A stretch of 64,000 nucleotides of DNA from Candidatus Bathyarchaeia archaeon (GTDB taxonomy: Archaea; Thermoproteota; CALKCG01; B24; JAGTQN01): the NCBI GenBank assembly GCA_038850515.1, contig JAWCLV010000001.1, forward strand, positions 7,155 through 71,154, read 5' to 3'. A program made the position numbers and the translations under genes. A model generated the notes under the pieces. That model had not been told where the DNA came from. It made no database searches and saw only the letters and a program-made list of their open reading frames with translations. Below, piece after piece: positions 1 through 10,398 of this stretch (the stretch's first letter is position 1; every line of letters starts with the position of its first letter).

Positions 1-1256
1 TTGGCTAGGTTCGGCACGTCGTAGCTAAGGGATGCCCTTTCATAGGTGCCATCTTTCAGAAAGATCTTTGTGGAAGGGAATTCATGCACGATCTTACCTC
101 TGAAATCTATGATCTTCACCCTCGCTTCAAGCTCCTCGGGCAGGACCTCCTCATCCGAAACTGCTTGTAGACTCAACTGCAGCGAGGAACCCGGCGCCAC
201 AACAGCTTTCCTTGAAACAATATCGAGACTAAGCCTCGTCCTATTCGTCGCTTCGATAGTCCAGTCCCTATGGTTTAAAGTCTTCCCATCATCTTCCAGA
301 ACCTCGAGCTTCGCTTCCAAAAAGCCAGAAAGGTTTGGCAGAGCTTCTGTGGCATAGGAAAAGTGTTGCTTAGCAGTACCTTCGATCGCGATGCTTCGTT
401 CTTCCTTTGCCAAGAGTTTGCCTTCCTTCTCAACGGAGAACCTAACCCGAAGTTTCGAAGGCTTTTCGCTGGAAAGTACAGCATCGGCGACAATTCTATC
501 CCCTAGGAAGATCCTACTTGGGGAGCATGTGAATTCCTTAATTAGGAGATTATCTTCTCGCCGCGATAGCCACATGAGAAGCTGCCTCAATAGGTCATCG
601 TAGAAGTCCGTTGCGAAGAAAAGCTCCTTTTCCATGAGCATCCTTCCCTTGCGGGGGAAGAGGGGGTAAGTCGACAGAACGGCTACCCTTCCTTTGCCGT
701 GATCCCAGACTGTGAGGAGGGGATAACCAGATGCCTTAAGGACAACTACGGCATCAGGCTTAGGTATCACTGGCTGAACGACCATCACCCTTCCAATTCT
801 GTCTTGGGGAATACCATAAGCGATGGGATGCTCCTTGGAAATCTCAACAAAGGCATCAACCTTAACCTCATCTTCCTTCTTTTCCAAAAAAACTGGAAAG
901 ATGGTTTTCAGGGCCTCGTAAGAGCCTATTGCGTTACCTAAGGCGTGGCGACCGCCTGTAACTAGAAGGCCGCCGCCGTTCTCGACATAGGCGACCAAGT
1001 TTAAAGATTCCTTAGGACTGAAGACGCCCGGATCTACATCCAGCAGAGAAACGATATTGTATTCTCCTAAACCTACATATCCCTGAACAGTTCTATCGAT
1101 TCTGGAAGGGATGGGATAGGTTAGGGGAAAATTAATGCCTTTGAAAAGGCTCACCCTCACCCGTGCATCTTTTCCTCCGATTGAGCGAACGGCCTCCTCG
1201 ACTCTGAAAAATCCATCATCAGAGGCTTTCACAACAAAAGCACGCATATTATTCAT
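1..1256 (-). CDS. Large hypothetical protein, N-terminal class I glutamine amidotransferase-like (DUF1355-type) domain; runs off the left edge
   Basis: Not in the ORF track. Manual translation from ATG at 1256 gives an open frame to the window edge: MNNMRAFVVK...YNIVSLLDVD...LVAYVENGGGLLVTGGRHALG...HPIAYGIP...GYPLLTVWDHGKGRVAV, typical of GATase1-like/trimerisation domains. Confidence 0.75.
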   Translation of the reverse strand, partial: MNNMRAFVVKASDDGFFRVEEAVRSIGGKDARVRVSLFKGINFPLTYPIPSRIDRTVQGYVGLGEYNIVSLLDVDPGVFSPKESLNLVAYVENGGGLLVTGGRHALGNAIGSYEALKTIFPVFLEKKEDEVKVDAFVEISKEHPIAYGIPQDRIGRVMVVQPVIPKPDAVVVLKASGYPLLTVWDHGKGRVAVLSTYPLFPRKGRMLMEKELFFATDFYDDLLRQLLMWLSRREDNLLIKEFTCSPSRIFLGDRIVADAVLSSEKPSKLRVRFSVEKEGKLLAKEERSIAIEGTAKQHFSYATEALPNLSGFLEAKLEVLEDDGKTLNHRDWTIEATNRTRLSLDIVSRKAVVAPGSSLQLSLQAVSDEEVLPEELEARVKIIDFRGKIVHEFPSTKIFLKDGTYERASLSYDVPNLA

Positions 1257-1525
1257 ATCGGTTTGCCTCTATGTGCCCACTTATGTATGTTGTTGAGAGT
1301 TTTAAGCCTTAAGAAGGCTAACTATAACTCTAAAGAAGTCCCCAAACAGGTATGGTGAGGCGATGATGATCCAGTATGTATCTAAAAGTTCTTACTCTCT
1401 GATTATGCGATATTAATATCCATGAAGTGAATGAATTCTTCTACATAATCGATAATCGTGATCAAAAGTCATAGAAAGGCTTAAAATCCTGCCAAGAAAA
1501 ATACCCTGAAGAAAGGTGAAAAATT

Positions 1526-2764
1526 ATGCAAGAAAACGAATACGTGAGACTTGAGTTCACACTTACTAAGAAGATCAAGATCATAAGACTTTCTGAGTCA
1601 GGGTATGAGAATGGCCTCACCTATGGAAAATCTAGCCGTGAGTCTATTGTAAGCTTCCTTGATCTCTATGGAAAGATCGAAAACTGGAGGAGGTTTGCCA
1701 GGGAGATGTGGAAACTACCGCTAGAGGCAATTCGGACGCTAGATAAATGGACCCAAGAGGATCTTTATAGGCATGCTCAGCATGCCTACGAGAAGAGGAT
1801 CAATGCTGTCCCCGACCTAAACAAATACCCTGAGCTAAAGGGTATGAAAGAGTATATCCAAGATGAGATGAGGGGTATGGCCGAGGGCGCAGATCTATCC
1901 TTTCAAGACATAGTTTTTTATCGTTTCTGGTATGACGTCTATCAGCTCCTGAAAGGTCATGCAAAGTGGCTGGGTTGCGTGGCTCCAGGCTGTACGACCG
2001 TCATCTTTAGGAAGACGGACATTGGCCCTATCATAGGGCGGAATACAGACGATTCGATTGACTGGATACCAAAGATGAGCTACGAAGATTGTTTCCCGAC
2101 GATCGTCCTGAGACCTCCATCCCTAGGTTACAGTACTGGTCCCATCGGGAATGAGAAGGGACTCATCATGTGGGGAAGCAGTATCGATTATCCGGAGGAG
2201 GGAGAACCCGACGAACTTTTTCCCGTAGATGTAGGGGATCTTGTGATGCGGTACTGTGCGACCGTGGAAGAGGCGTTGGAGATATTTAAGCGATATAGTA
2301 TGTTCACGCGTCGTTGTTCTAACATAGCCCTTGTTGACGCCAAAGGAAACGCGGCCGTAGTCGAGAAGTCTTGGAGGCATATAGGCATTCTCAGACCAAA
2401 GGGCGATACGATCTTCACAACCGACGGGGTAGCTGTCCATCCCGAAACGAGAAGCCTCCTAGACAATTCGTCAGAGCAATACAAATTTCATTACCAAAGG
2501 TGGCTTAACCTCAGAAGGCTGACCGAGGACGAGAAACCCGAACTTACAGTCGATTCCATGTGGAAGATCCTTAGGGACCATACGTTTCCATCGCCTGTCT
2601 GCAAGCACTTGGACAGAATGCCTTCTTTCTACCGCTTAGTAACTCTCTTTAGCGGTGTATATGTCCCTGGAGAGAAAAGGTATATGATCGCCCTGGCGGA
2701 GCCAGGCCCAACCTATCCCTGCAAGATAGAGCCGGCCGAGTTCCGCTACGAGACTCCTTGGTAG
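1526..2764 (+). CDS. Peptidase C45 family Ntn-hydrolase (acyl-CoA:6-APA acyltransferase-like)
   Basis: DEMRGMAEGA pro-segment, G-C-T-T autocleavage site and nucleophile, IIGRNTD, NEKGL, NIALVDAKGNAAVVE, ILRDH. Confidence 0.8.
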   Translation: MQENEYVRLEFTLTKKIKIIRLSESGYENGLTYGKSSRESIVSFLDLYGKIENWRRFAREMWKLPLEAIRTLDKWTQEDLYRHAQHAYEKRINAVPDLNKYPELKGMKEYIQDEMRGMAEGADLSFQDIVFYRFWYDVYQLLKGHAKWLGCVAPGCTTVIFRKTDIGPIIGRNTDDSIDWIPKMSYEDCFPTIVLRPPSLGYSTGPIGNEKGLIMWGSSIDYPEEGEPDELFPVDVGDLVMRYCATVEEALEIFKRYSMFTRRCSNIALVDAKGNAAVVEKSWRHIGILRPKGDTIFTTDGVAVHPETRSLLDNSSEQYKFHYQRWLNLRRLTEDEKPELTVDSMWKILRDHTFPSPVCKHLDRMPSFYRLVTLFSGVYVPGEKRYMIALAEPGPTYPCKIEPAEFRYETPW

Positions 2765-2804
2765 TAACCCTGTCCAATCTCTAGAATCTGGAAATTATGA
2801 TTCG

Positions 2805-4814
2805 ATGGAGTTGATGCGATTGAAAAGGATTATGGTCTCAAGAACCTGGAAAGGATGCGCGGACTTTGATGAAGCCCTCAGGGACTATAAAATTGATCTA
2901 ACGAATTCTGGAACCTTGAAATTGAGGAGACGAATCCTTCTTGCCGATGAAATCGGTAGAATCGGTAGAAAAACCAAGGAGCAAGTCCAAGGAGAGGTTT
3001 GGATTAAGAAAGAGTTCTTAATAGAAAACCCGAATGTCTTCTCTGCAGAGGTTATTCCCTTCGTAAGCGCTAGGGAAGAGGAGCCACTCATTTTAGAGGT
3101 TAACGGACGAGAAGCCGCGACCTACAGGTTTAGGAGAGAATGGTTCAATTATGATACGCAGTGGACGGAGATTCCTTTTCCAATCGAATATTTAAGGAGG
3201 GGTCTGAACGAGTTCGTCTTCCACTCCGAGGGAAGTCTTGGCTACACGTTCTGGATCGAAAATTCAAGACAGCCGAATAGAAGCGCGAAGAGCGTCGATG
3301 GCGGCAAAACTTGGAACTACGATAACATTGGAATAAACAACTCCTGCGATGGAGAATACTTGATAAGGCTTAAGCTCGAAGGGTATCCATCCAAGGGATA
3401 CGTTACCTCTCCCTTCATCGATGTAGCCTCCCTAGCAACGTCAGGTCCCATAGTGCCCAAGGTTTGCCTAGAAAGTCTGTGGATAAACTACGAGGGTATT
3501 GAACCTGAAGGGACAGCAATCGAGGTTGAGGCGAGGATCGGTTCTACGCCCTCCTACTCGCCAAAAACATGGACGCATTGGATGCCTCCCGAAGCTTTGA
3601 CGAAAAGCCCCCATTTCAGAGACCCCTCCTACCATTATCTACAGTGGAGGGTTGCCCTGACCACAGGCGATCCGAGGGCTACACCCGAGCTCTACAGCCT
3701 CACTCTTTCGGCTGAGCTTTCCGTGGAAGAAAGCCTCGATGAGGAAAGAATAAAGATAAGAGAGTTCAGAAACGAGAAGATCGTTCGAAGCTCCTATTCC
3801 TTCGCCTACCAGCCTTATGATGAGCCAAGGCTGAAAATTCTTAGAGAACGATACCAGCTAGACTGGGTGGTGAAAGGGGCTAAGACAGAGTTTGAGAAGT
3901 TCCTGAGACTTGCAGATTGGGTAAGGAGTCAATGGGAAGATGGTTGGAAGTCAGCCATCAACTGGGGTGGAAGATTCGGTTATATAGACTATAATCCCCC
4001 TCCTGATGGGCTTCTTATACTGGAATTGGACAGGAGGAAGCTAGCCCTAGGCATGTGCACCCATTATAGTGCGGCCTTCGTCCAGTGTTGCTTAGCCGTA
4101 GGGTTGCAAGCCCGTAGAATGCTCGCCGTCCATGCGACAGCTGAGGTCTGGTCCAACGAGTACAAGAAATGGATCCTCATAGACATGTCTGGGGATCCTG
4201 ATGACAGACGAAAATGCACCTACCATTTCGAAAGGAACGGTATTCCTATGAGCGGCCTTGAAGCCTATAAAGCTGCCTTGGACAAGAACTATGAAGGAAT
4301 CAAGCTTGTTTCCGATCGCCCAGCCTGGACCGCGCAGGAAAGGCTTGATATGATGTGGAATGGATATGGTATCATGGATATGAGGAACGATCATTTAAGC
4401 TCCCTTGAACCCTGCGAGGCGGATGGCGAGGGGCTTTTGCCTTGGAACTATGATGGATGGCTTATGTACGAGAGTGAAAAGGTCTCAAGGTGGGAAAGGG
4501 CGGAAGGAGTCCCGAGTAAACCCTTCCCTTGGTTCACAAAATATTCTTCAAGGGATGCGGACTTCGAATGGACTTTAAACCAAGCAGAATTGCACCTTCA
4601 GTATGCAGAGCCAGGAAAGCTTAAGATACAAATCGATACAGTCACCCCGAACTTTGACAAGTTCTTAGTGAAGGTCGATGAAGAAGAATGGGTGGAAATG
4701 CCTTCTTGTTTCCTTTGGAACCTCCGCAAGGGTATTAATACGCTCCAAGCTAAGCCTGTGAACAAGTTCGGGCTAGAAGGCATCGTAAGCAAGATCTCTT
4801 TAGAGTATTCGTAG
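2805..4814 (+). CDS. Transglutaminase-like domain protein with an Asp-box
   Basis: GMCTHY...HATAEVW...WILID Cys-His-Asp triad pattern; SVDGGKTW Asp-box in the N-terminal half. Confidence 0.7.
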   Translation: MELMRLKRIMVSRTWKGCADFDEALRDYKIDLTNSGTLKLRRRILLADEIGRIGRKTKEQVQGEVWIKKEFLIENPNVFSAEVIPFVSAREEEPLILEVNGREAATYRFRREWFNYDTQWTEIPFPIEYLRRGLNEFVFHSEGSLGYTFWIENSRQPNRSAKSVDGGKTWNYDNIGINNSCDGEYLIRLKLEGYPSKGYVTSPFIDVASLATSGPIVPKVCLESLWINYEGIEPEGTAIEVEARIGSTPSYSPKTWTHWMPPEALTKSPHFRDPSYHYLQWRVALTTGDPRATPELYSLTLSAELSVEESLDEERIKIREFRNEKIVRSSYSFAYQPYDEPRLKILRERYQLDWVVKGAKTEFEKFLRLADWVRSQWEDGWKSAINWGGRFGYIDYNPPPDGLLILELDRRKLALGMCTHYSAAFVQCCLAVGLQARRMLAVHATAEVWSNEYKKWILIDMSGDPDDRRKCTYHFERNGIPMSGLEAYKAALDKNYEGIKLVSDRPAWTAQERLDMMWNGYGIMDMRNDHLSSLEPCEADGEGLLPWNYDGWLMYESEKVSRWERAEGVPSKPFPWFTKYSSRDADFEWTLNQAELHLQYAEPGKLKIQIDTVTPNFDKFLVKVDEEEWVEMPSCFLWNLRKGINTLQAKPVNKFGLEGIVSKISLEYS

Positions 4815-5024
4815 TTTTCAAATTCTTCGCTGAGGACGTTTCATATAAGAGCAGTCCTTCAGTCTAGATAGGGAAGATCATAGGTTGTATGATTTTTATA
4901 TTAATCCACAAGGCAGGGAAACATTTTAAAGTCTTCGTCGAACGCTGGTGGCTAGGTTGCATGCATTTTGAATTTAAGCATCAACTGGAGAGATCCTATG
5001 TTAGAGCATGGGGGGATGCCTATC

Positions 5025-7646
5025 ATGGGCAGGAGAATTGCTATAGAATGGAAGGATAGCAAACCGATAGGCCGAATAGAAGTAGTTAATGGTAGACTGG
5101 AGGAGGCGCTCATTAAGAAGGGTAAAGGTGAAGTCGTAGGCGAAGAATTCGCTTTCACATCCCATGGATCTTGCAGGCTGGAGCTTACTGTTGGTGAGTC
5201 TGGTTGCAGTTTGGGATCAGAGGCAACCTTAGTTACTGTTCGCACAGCCATCAATCCATTCTGCTTCTTTCTCAGAGATGTCAGTAAGGAGTATCCCATC
5301 ATCCTTCCAGAATACGGGATAGTTGTGACTGAAGCAGATGATGAACGTTCCTATGAGCAGATCGCTGAAGAGATTTGTAGTCTCGGACTACAAACGAAAC
5401 TTCAGCGTATAGAAAGCGAGCCGGAAGAAAGTTACGCATCGGCTGCGGCAAACACTCGAGAACTCCATTGCCCAACTTGGCTGGGACTTAGTAGGGACAT
5501 TCGGATCTTCGAGTTTAGTTTTCGGAGTGGCCAGGAAGTTTGGGATTGGATTCAGCCACGATTCCATGGCTACCCAGTTCCACTTCCAGAGGCTGATAAC
5601 AATCCTGTCCGATACAACTTTTTTATCGGCCGTGGAATAGGCTGTGCCGAAAGGATGTTTCGGCGTCTGGAAGAAGGTGTGCTACCGATTCTACACGGAG
5701 TGCTTGTCGACGATGATGTAATCTATAACTCCACTGTATTTGTCACGCTTGAATCAACCAAGCTTACAACTAAGTCGCTACGAGGCACACACTTCTTGGT
5801 TGCTGACGGCTACGGATACGGCCATATTTTCACGAAGGAGCAAGAACGAGAATTCCAATCGCTTCTGCCTGAAGAGATGAACCGCGAAGAAGAGACCGTG
5901 CTCTGCTTTAGAACCGAAGCGGTGAATGCTGCTCATGTACCTCGCTATGCATGGTTTAAAAATGTTTTTCCAAGTTCAAAAAAGGCTTTGAGATGGTCGT
6001 ATGATGGAAAGAACGGATTCGGGGTTTTTGAAAGTGGACAGGTCTTTTGCATCTCAAAATTAAACGGGAAACCAATGCCTCAGGAGGAGATAGCTATTCT
6101 GCTTAAACCAGGCGAAACAGCCTCATTCGAGTTCTTTCTTCCCCATCGTCCCATATCCAGAGAACGGGCTAAGCAACTGAGTGGGCGAGACTTTACGGTA
6201 CTTCACGCGGAATGCCGCGAATTTTGGAAAGAGAAGCTAGAGTCCGCTGCAAAGGTGAAACTACCTGAAAAACGGATTGAAGAGATGATTCAGGCGGGTT
6301 TGCTTCATTTAGATCTCGTTGCATACGGTCTTGAACCATTCGGCACCGTTGCGACTACGATTGGGATATACTGTCCGATCGGCTCAGAGAGCTCACCAAT
6401 CATTCAGTTCATGGACTCCATGGGTTGGCATAGTCTGGCTAGGCGTTCTTTGACGTATTTTCTTGATAAGCAGCATGAAGACGGATTTATACAAAACTTC
6501 GATGGATACATGCTGGAAACGGGGGCAGCATTATGGAGTATGGGTGAGCATTATCGATACACACATGACGACGACTGGGTTCAACAGATCAAACCGAAAC
6601 TGCTGAAGGCTTGTGAGTATCTTTTAGAATGGCGCAACCGTAACAAAAGGGAGGAGTTACGCGGCAAAGGCTATGGCATGATCGAAGGAAAAGTTGCCGA
6701 TCCACAAGACCCCTACCACCAGTTTATGCTGAACGGATACGCGTATCTTGGTTTAAGCCGTGCTGCGGAGATGCTCTCTAAAGTGGATCCTGCTCAATCA
6801 GAGAGGCTTGCCAGAGAGGCTGAATATTGGAAAAAGGATATTCGTGAGGCTTTGTTTAAGGCTGTGGCAAATTCACCAGTTGTTCCGCTTAGTGACGGAA
6901 CATGGTGCCCAACCGCTCCACCTTGGGCGGAAGCGCATGGTCCCGTCTCGCTCTACGCGGAAAAAGGCAGATGGTTTACCCACCTTACTTTCTTAGCTAG
7001 AGACTCTTTGCTTGGGCCACTTCACCTTATTTTTCACGAAGTCGTAGATCCCAATGAACAAATCGCTGATTTCCTTGTGAGCTACTATACGGATTTGATG
7101 CATATACGTAATGTGGCTTTCAGTCAACCTTATTATAGCTGTCACCCTCAGGTTCATCTTCGGCGGGGGGAGATTAAGCCGTTTCTTAAGGCTTACTATA
7201 ACGGTTTCGCAAGCCTAGCTGACCGAGAGACCTACACTTTTTGGGAACATTATCCGGGTGTTGGAAGCCCCCACAAAACACATGAAGAAGGCTGGTTCCT
7301 CATGCAGACACGATGGATGCTCTGGATGGAGCAAGGTCAAACACTTAAGCTGCTCCTAGGGATTCCCAGATCTTGGATGGAAAACGGCACATCTATAGAA
7401 CTAAATAGAGTTGCCAGCTATTTTGGAGAGGTATCGTTGAAGGTAGAATCTAAACTGGAACAACGCAGGATTGAAGCGAAGGTGGAATGCCTCTCGGACA
7501 GGAAGCCGAAATGCTTAGAACTTCGTCTGCCTCATCCACAAGGCAGAAAGGCAATCAAAGTGAAAGGCGGTGTTTACGATGCTAATACCGAGACGGTTAG
7601 GATTGAGCCATTTCACGGTTATGCAGAGGTCTTACTTGAATTCTAA
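5025..7646 (+). CDS. Putative (alpha/alpha)6 six-hairpin glycosidase-like protein
   Basis: C-terminal half has ETGAALW..GEHYRYTHDDDW, NGYAYLGL..AAEML, TFWEH and LLLGIPRSW motifs of toroidal glycosidases. Track start is TTG 4968; ATG 5025 follows GGGGGGA and is more likely. Confidence 0.6.
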   Translation: MGRRIAIEWKDSKPIGRIEVVNGRLEEALIKKGKGEVVGEEFAFTSHGSCRLELTVGESGCSLGSEATLVTVRTAINPFCFFLRDVSKEYPIILPEYGIVVTEADDERSYEQIAEEICSLGLQTKLQRIESEPEESYASAAANTRELHCPTWLGLSRDIRIFEFSFRSGQEVWDWIQPRFHGYPVPLPEADNNPVRYNFFIGRGIGCAERMFRRLEEGVLPILHGVLVDDDVIYNSTVFVTLESTKLTTKSLRGTHFLVADGYGYGHIFTKEQEREFQSLLPEEMNREEETVLCFRTEAVNAAHVPRYAWFKNVFPSSKKALRWSYDGKNGFGVFESGQVFCISKLNGKPMPQEEIAILLKPGETASFEFFLPHRPISRERAKQLSGRDFTVLHAECREFWKEKLESAAKVKLPEKRIEEMIQAGLLHLDLVAYGLEPFGTVATTIGIYCPIGSESSPIIQFMDSMGWHSLARRSLTYFLDKQHEDGFIQNFDGYMLETGAALWSMGEHYRYTHDDDWVQQIKPKLLKACEYLLEWRNRNKREELRGKGYGMIEGKVADPQDPYHQFMLNGYAYLGLSRAAEMLSKVDPAQSERLAREAEYWKKDIREALFKAVANSPVVPLSDGTWCPTAPPWAEAHGPVSLYAEKGRWFTHLTFLARDSLLGPLHLIFHEVVDPNEQIADFLVSYYTDLMHIRNVAFSQPYYSCHPQVHLRRGEIKPFLKAYYNGFASLADRETYTFWEHYPGVGSPHKTHEEGWFLMQTRWMLWMEQGQTLKLLLGIPRSWMENGTSIELNRVASYFGEVSLKVESKLEQRRIEAKVECLSDRKPKCLELRLPHPQGRKAIKVKGGVYDANTETVRIEPFHGYAEVLLEF

Positions 7647-7865
7647 AAAAGGATGCCCGCCTTTAGGAAATATCTATCCGTCATGTAAAAACTTGTGCTT
7701 TGTGGACTAATTCTTGTGGTTTTGCTATCTCTTTTTCTCAATAGCATACCGCTAATGTTAAAGAGGTTTATGAATAAACTTATTCTACAGTTTAAGGTTA
7801 CAGCATCGTTATGTAAACCGCAAAACTTTTAAGGTTATATATTATTTAACTTTATGTGATGAAAA

Positions 7866-9851
7866 ATGGGAGAAGCTATAACGAGAGGACTGACGCCTCG
7901 AGCCACAGCGATTGGAATGGCTTTGGCGGTCATTTTTACGGTTTACTGGACTCTTGAAACTATGAACACCACATACGGCGTTTGGGGACATAGCTTTGCT
8001 GGATCAGACTTCGGTTTCTGGGCACCTAAAGGTGGTTTCGGTCAATGGACCTATAATTTACAAGCGTTTCTACCGTTTTTTTTCGTCGCAGCAATTATAG
8101 CAGTTCTTCCGCGAAGGTATAGACTTAGCCCCCATGAAGCCCTTATTGTACTCACGATGTCCTTTGCACCAGCCTTTACGGCCACTTACTTAGCAATGGG
8201 GGGCCCACAGTTCTGGATCTGGGCTGCTATGACGCGGGGTGGTGGACCGCAGCTGAAGCCCTTCCTTAACCCGTTGCTTTACTCACCAGCAACTGTTGTC
8301 ATATCCTCTCTTGCAATGATCTTCGCGGTCTTCACCTTGAATCTCGCCGCCATGCTTTGGAAGAGCCAATGGATAGATGTTGAAAAGCTTTCCTTTCCAA
8401 TGGCTCACATACCCTTAGCGATGATCGACCGACCTGTATCGGAGAAAGAGAGGCCTAGGATCCTCAACAAGTTCTTCTGGATTGGGTTAATAATCGGAGT
8501 CGTCTATACCATTCCGCCCACGCTTTGGAACCTTCAAATCATCCCTACAATCCCCAACTGGGATGTTAATACCCAGATATACCCGCCATTACCGAATGCG
8601 GGCTTCTATCCAGGATATAATCTTATCGTGATATCCCTCCTATTCCTTGTGCCTCAAGATATCTTAATGACTATGTTTCTCTCTTACTTCATTATGAGAA
8701 TTCTCATTCCGCCTATAGGCGTATGGGTTCTTGGTTGGCCGGATGTCTCTAGTCAGGGTCGAGGTGCACTCCTTTGGTACGCTCCGCTTTCACATTACTA
8801 TGGACAGTTTTCTGCATATTGGGGACTCTTCTCGCTGGGTGTATGGATGCTAGTCTTTGGTTGGAGGAATGTCATTAACATAGTTAGGGCCGCTTTAAGC
8901 AAGCCTTCCGCTGAGAAAGCTGCAGAGGAGATCCGGCTACAGGGCTTCACGACGAGGACGTTGCTACTCATGTTTGTAGTTTCCCTTTTGCTACAATGGC
9001 TGATACCTGTAGCTTTCGGGGCTAGTCCCGAATTTATGCTCATAAACATCATCCTAAACCTCATTCTGTTCCTTGGGATCGTTCGCATGCTTCTTGAAAC
9101 AGGTTTCGCCTTCACAACGACCTTCCTGTGGTATTACCCAGCCAATGAGCTGTTCTGGGGTAGTAATGGCTTTATCGATGCCTACGCCAACTTAAGCCAG
9201 AAACCTGGAATGCTTAATGAGATGCTCTGGAGTGGCTTTTATACGGCCTCGTATGCGCAGGACAACAACTCCATAGCCACGCTTATTGCTTGTAGGGTTG
9301 CAACGGATACTGGCACGAATATGAGAGATGTCATCGTAGCCTCGCTCAGTGCTCTCGCTGTCTCAATCTTCGTCGGCTTCTCGATAGCGTACTGGAGCAC
9401 GATGACCCAAGGATACACAAACTGGCCTTGGACGGCTTTAGGTCCTCAGGAAGCTGCGGCGATGGTGAAGAGCGGAAGTGGGCTTGCGAACTGGATGCCT
9501 CATGGTCCTGGGTGGGGCTCAACCGACTGGTCTACAGCAGCACTTGCATTCCTACTACCTGGCATCATGTGGTTCCTTAGAACCCGTTTTGCTTGGTGGC
9601 CGTTCCATCCGATCGGCATCATTACTGGTTTTTCGGCTGAGTATAACTACACTGGAATTTGGTTCATGGCGATAATCGTCTGGCTTGCCAAGTTCGCTAT
9701 GCTCAAGACCGGAGGAACAAAACTCTACGAAAAGTACTTACCTCTTTTCATAGGCATAGCCATGGGTGGTGCGCTAATGTCATTCGTGTTTATGGCTGCT
9801 TATGTAGTACCAAGGTGGTTCAAGACTCCAGGCGTTACTGTAGAGTTCTAA
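7866..9851 (+). CDS. DUF6785/DUF6784 multi-pass membrane protein (OPT-related putative transporter)
   Basis: Highly hydrophobic; QWIDVEKLSFPMAHIP and RTRFAWWPFHPIG...GGTKLYEK..PLFIG signatures. Confidence 0.75.
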   Translation: MGEAITRGLTPRATAIGMALAVIFTVYWTLETMNTTYGVWGHSFAGSDFGFWAPKGGFGQWTYNLQAFLPFFFVAAIIAVLPRRYRLSPHEALIVLTMSFAPAFTATYLAMGGPQFWIWAAMTRGGGPQLKPFLNPLLYSPATVVISSLAMIFAVFTLNLAAMLWKSQWIDVEKLSFPMAHIPLAMIDRPVSEKERPRILNKFFWIGLIIGVVYTIPPTLWNLQIIPTIPNWDVNTQIYPPLPNAGFYPGYNLIVISLLFLVPQDILMTMFLSYFIMRILIPPIGVWVLGWPDVSSQGRGALLWYAPLSHYYGQFSAYWGLFSLGVWMLVFGWRNVINIVRAALSKPSAEKAAEEIRLQGFTTRTLLLMFVVSLLLQWLIPVAFGASPEFMLINIILNLILFLGIVRMLLETGFAFTTTFLWYYPANELFWGSNGFIDAYANLSQKPGMLNEMLWSGFYTASYAQDNNSIATLIACRVATDTGTNMRDVIVASLSALAVSIFVGFSIAYWSTMTQGYTNWPWTALGPQEAAAMVKSGSGLANWMPHGPGWGSTDWSTAALAFLLPGIMWFLRTRFAWWPFHPIGIITGFSAEYNYTGIWFMAIIVWLAKFAMLKTGGTKLYEKYLPLFIGIAMGGALMSFVFMAAYVVPRWFKTPGVTVEF

Positions 9852-9854
9852 AAG

Positions 9855-10052
9855 TTGATATATCTACCTCTCTTTTCTTTTTTAATGCTTTGTGGCTTAA
9901 TTATTTCTTGTTTGAGTCTTGCCTCTGGTTTCATAGTTTCTTTTTGCTTTGTTCTTATAGGTTTATTAGCATATGTATTTTGGCTACTAATACCTTCTCT
10001 ATGTTCTCTACTGTTTTACCCATCAGTATTTTTAATTTCGTTCGTTAAATAA
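9855..10052 (+). CDS. Possible small two-helix membrane protein
   Basis: 65-aa hydrophobic ORF directly after the DUF6785 gene. It could instead be an artefact of a T-rich terminator region. Confidence 0.25.
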   Translation: MIYLPLFSFLMLCGLIISCLSLASGFIVSFCFVLIGLLAYVFWLLIPSLCSLLFYPSVFLISFVK

Positions 10053-10398
10053 TATGAATTACGCTCTAAATAGAAACTAAATCCTAAGCGAGGCAGTCAA
10101 GCGAAGGCTTTAGGACTTCTTTCTTTAGGTCTATCCTATACTTTCCTTGTAAATGCCATAAGCCATTAAGGCATACAAAGACATAGATTGAAGTCTGGAT
10201 GGGCACTACAACCATGTAGGGATCGTACGGCTCTGAGGAAGGCTTTATGCGAACCTTCAGAATCCGAGCCCTTACTATGCTAAGCCTCGAGTGGAGGAGG
10301 TGATCTGGAAGGCTTAAGGTTACAACACTCCCCATAAAGCACAATACTTATAGACATAAATCCCATAACCTCTCAGCCAAGTAAGGGGAGTTAAATTC

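Noticed and set aside
46..941. Short track ORFs in the first kilobase
   Set aside because: Shadows of the long minus-strand CDS that starts at 1256.
1363..1402. ATGATGA...CTGA resembling C/D box sRNA ends
   Set aside because: Only about 40 nt and no convincing internal C'/D' boxes.
10084..10344. 86-aa minus-strand ORF between the transporter and oxidoreductase genes
   Set aside because: No recognisable motifs or start signals; cannot be supported as a gene.
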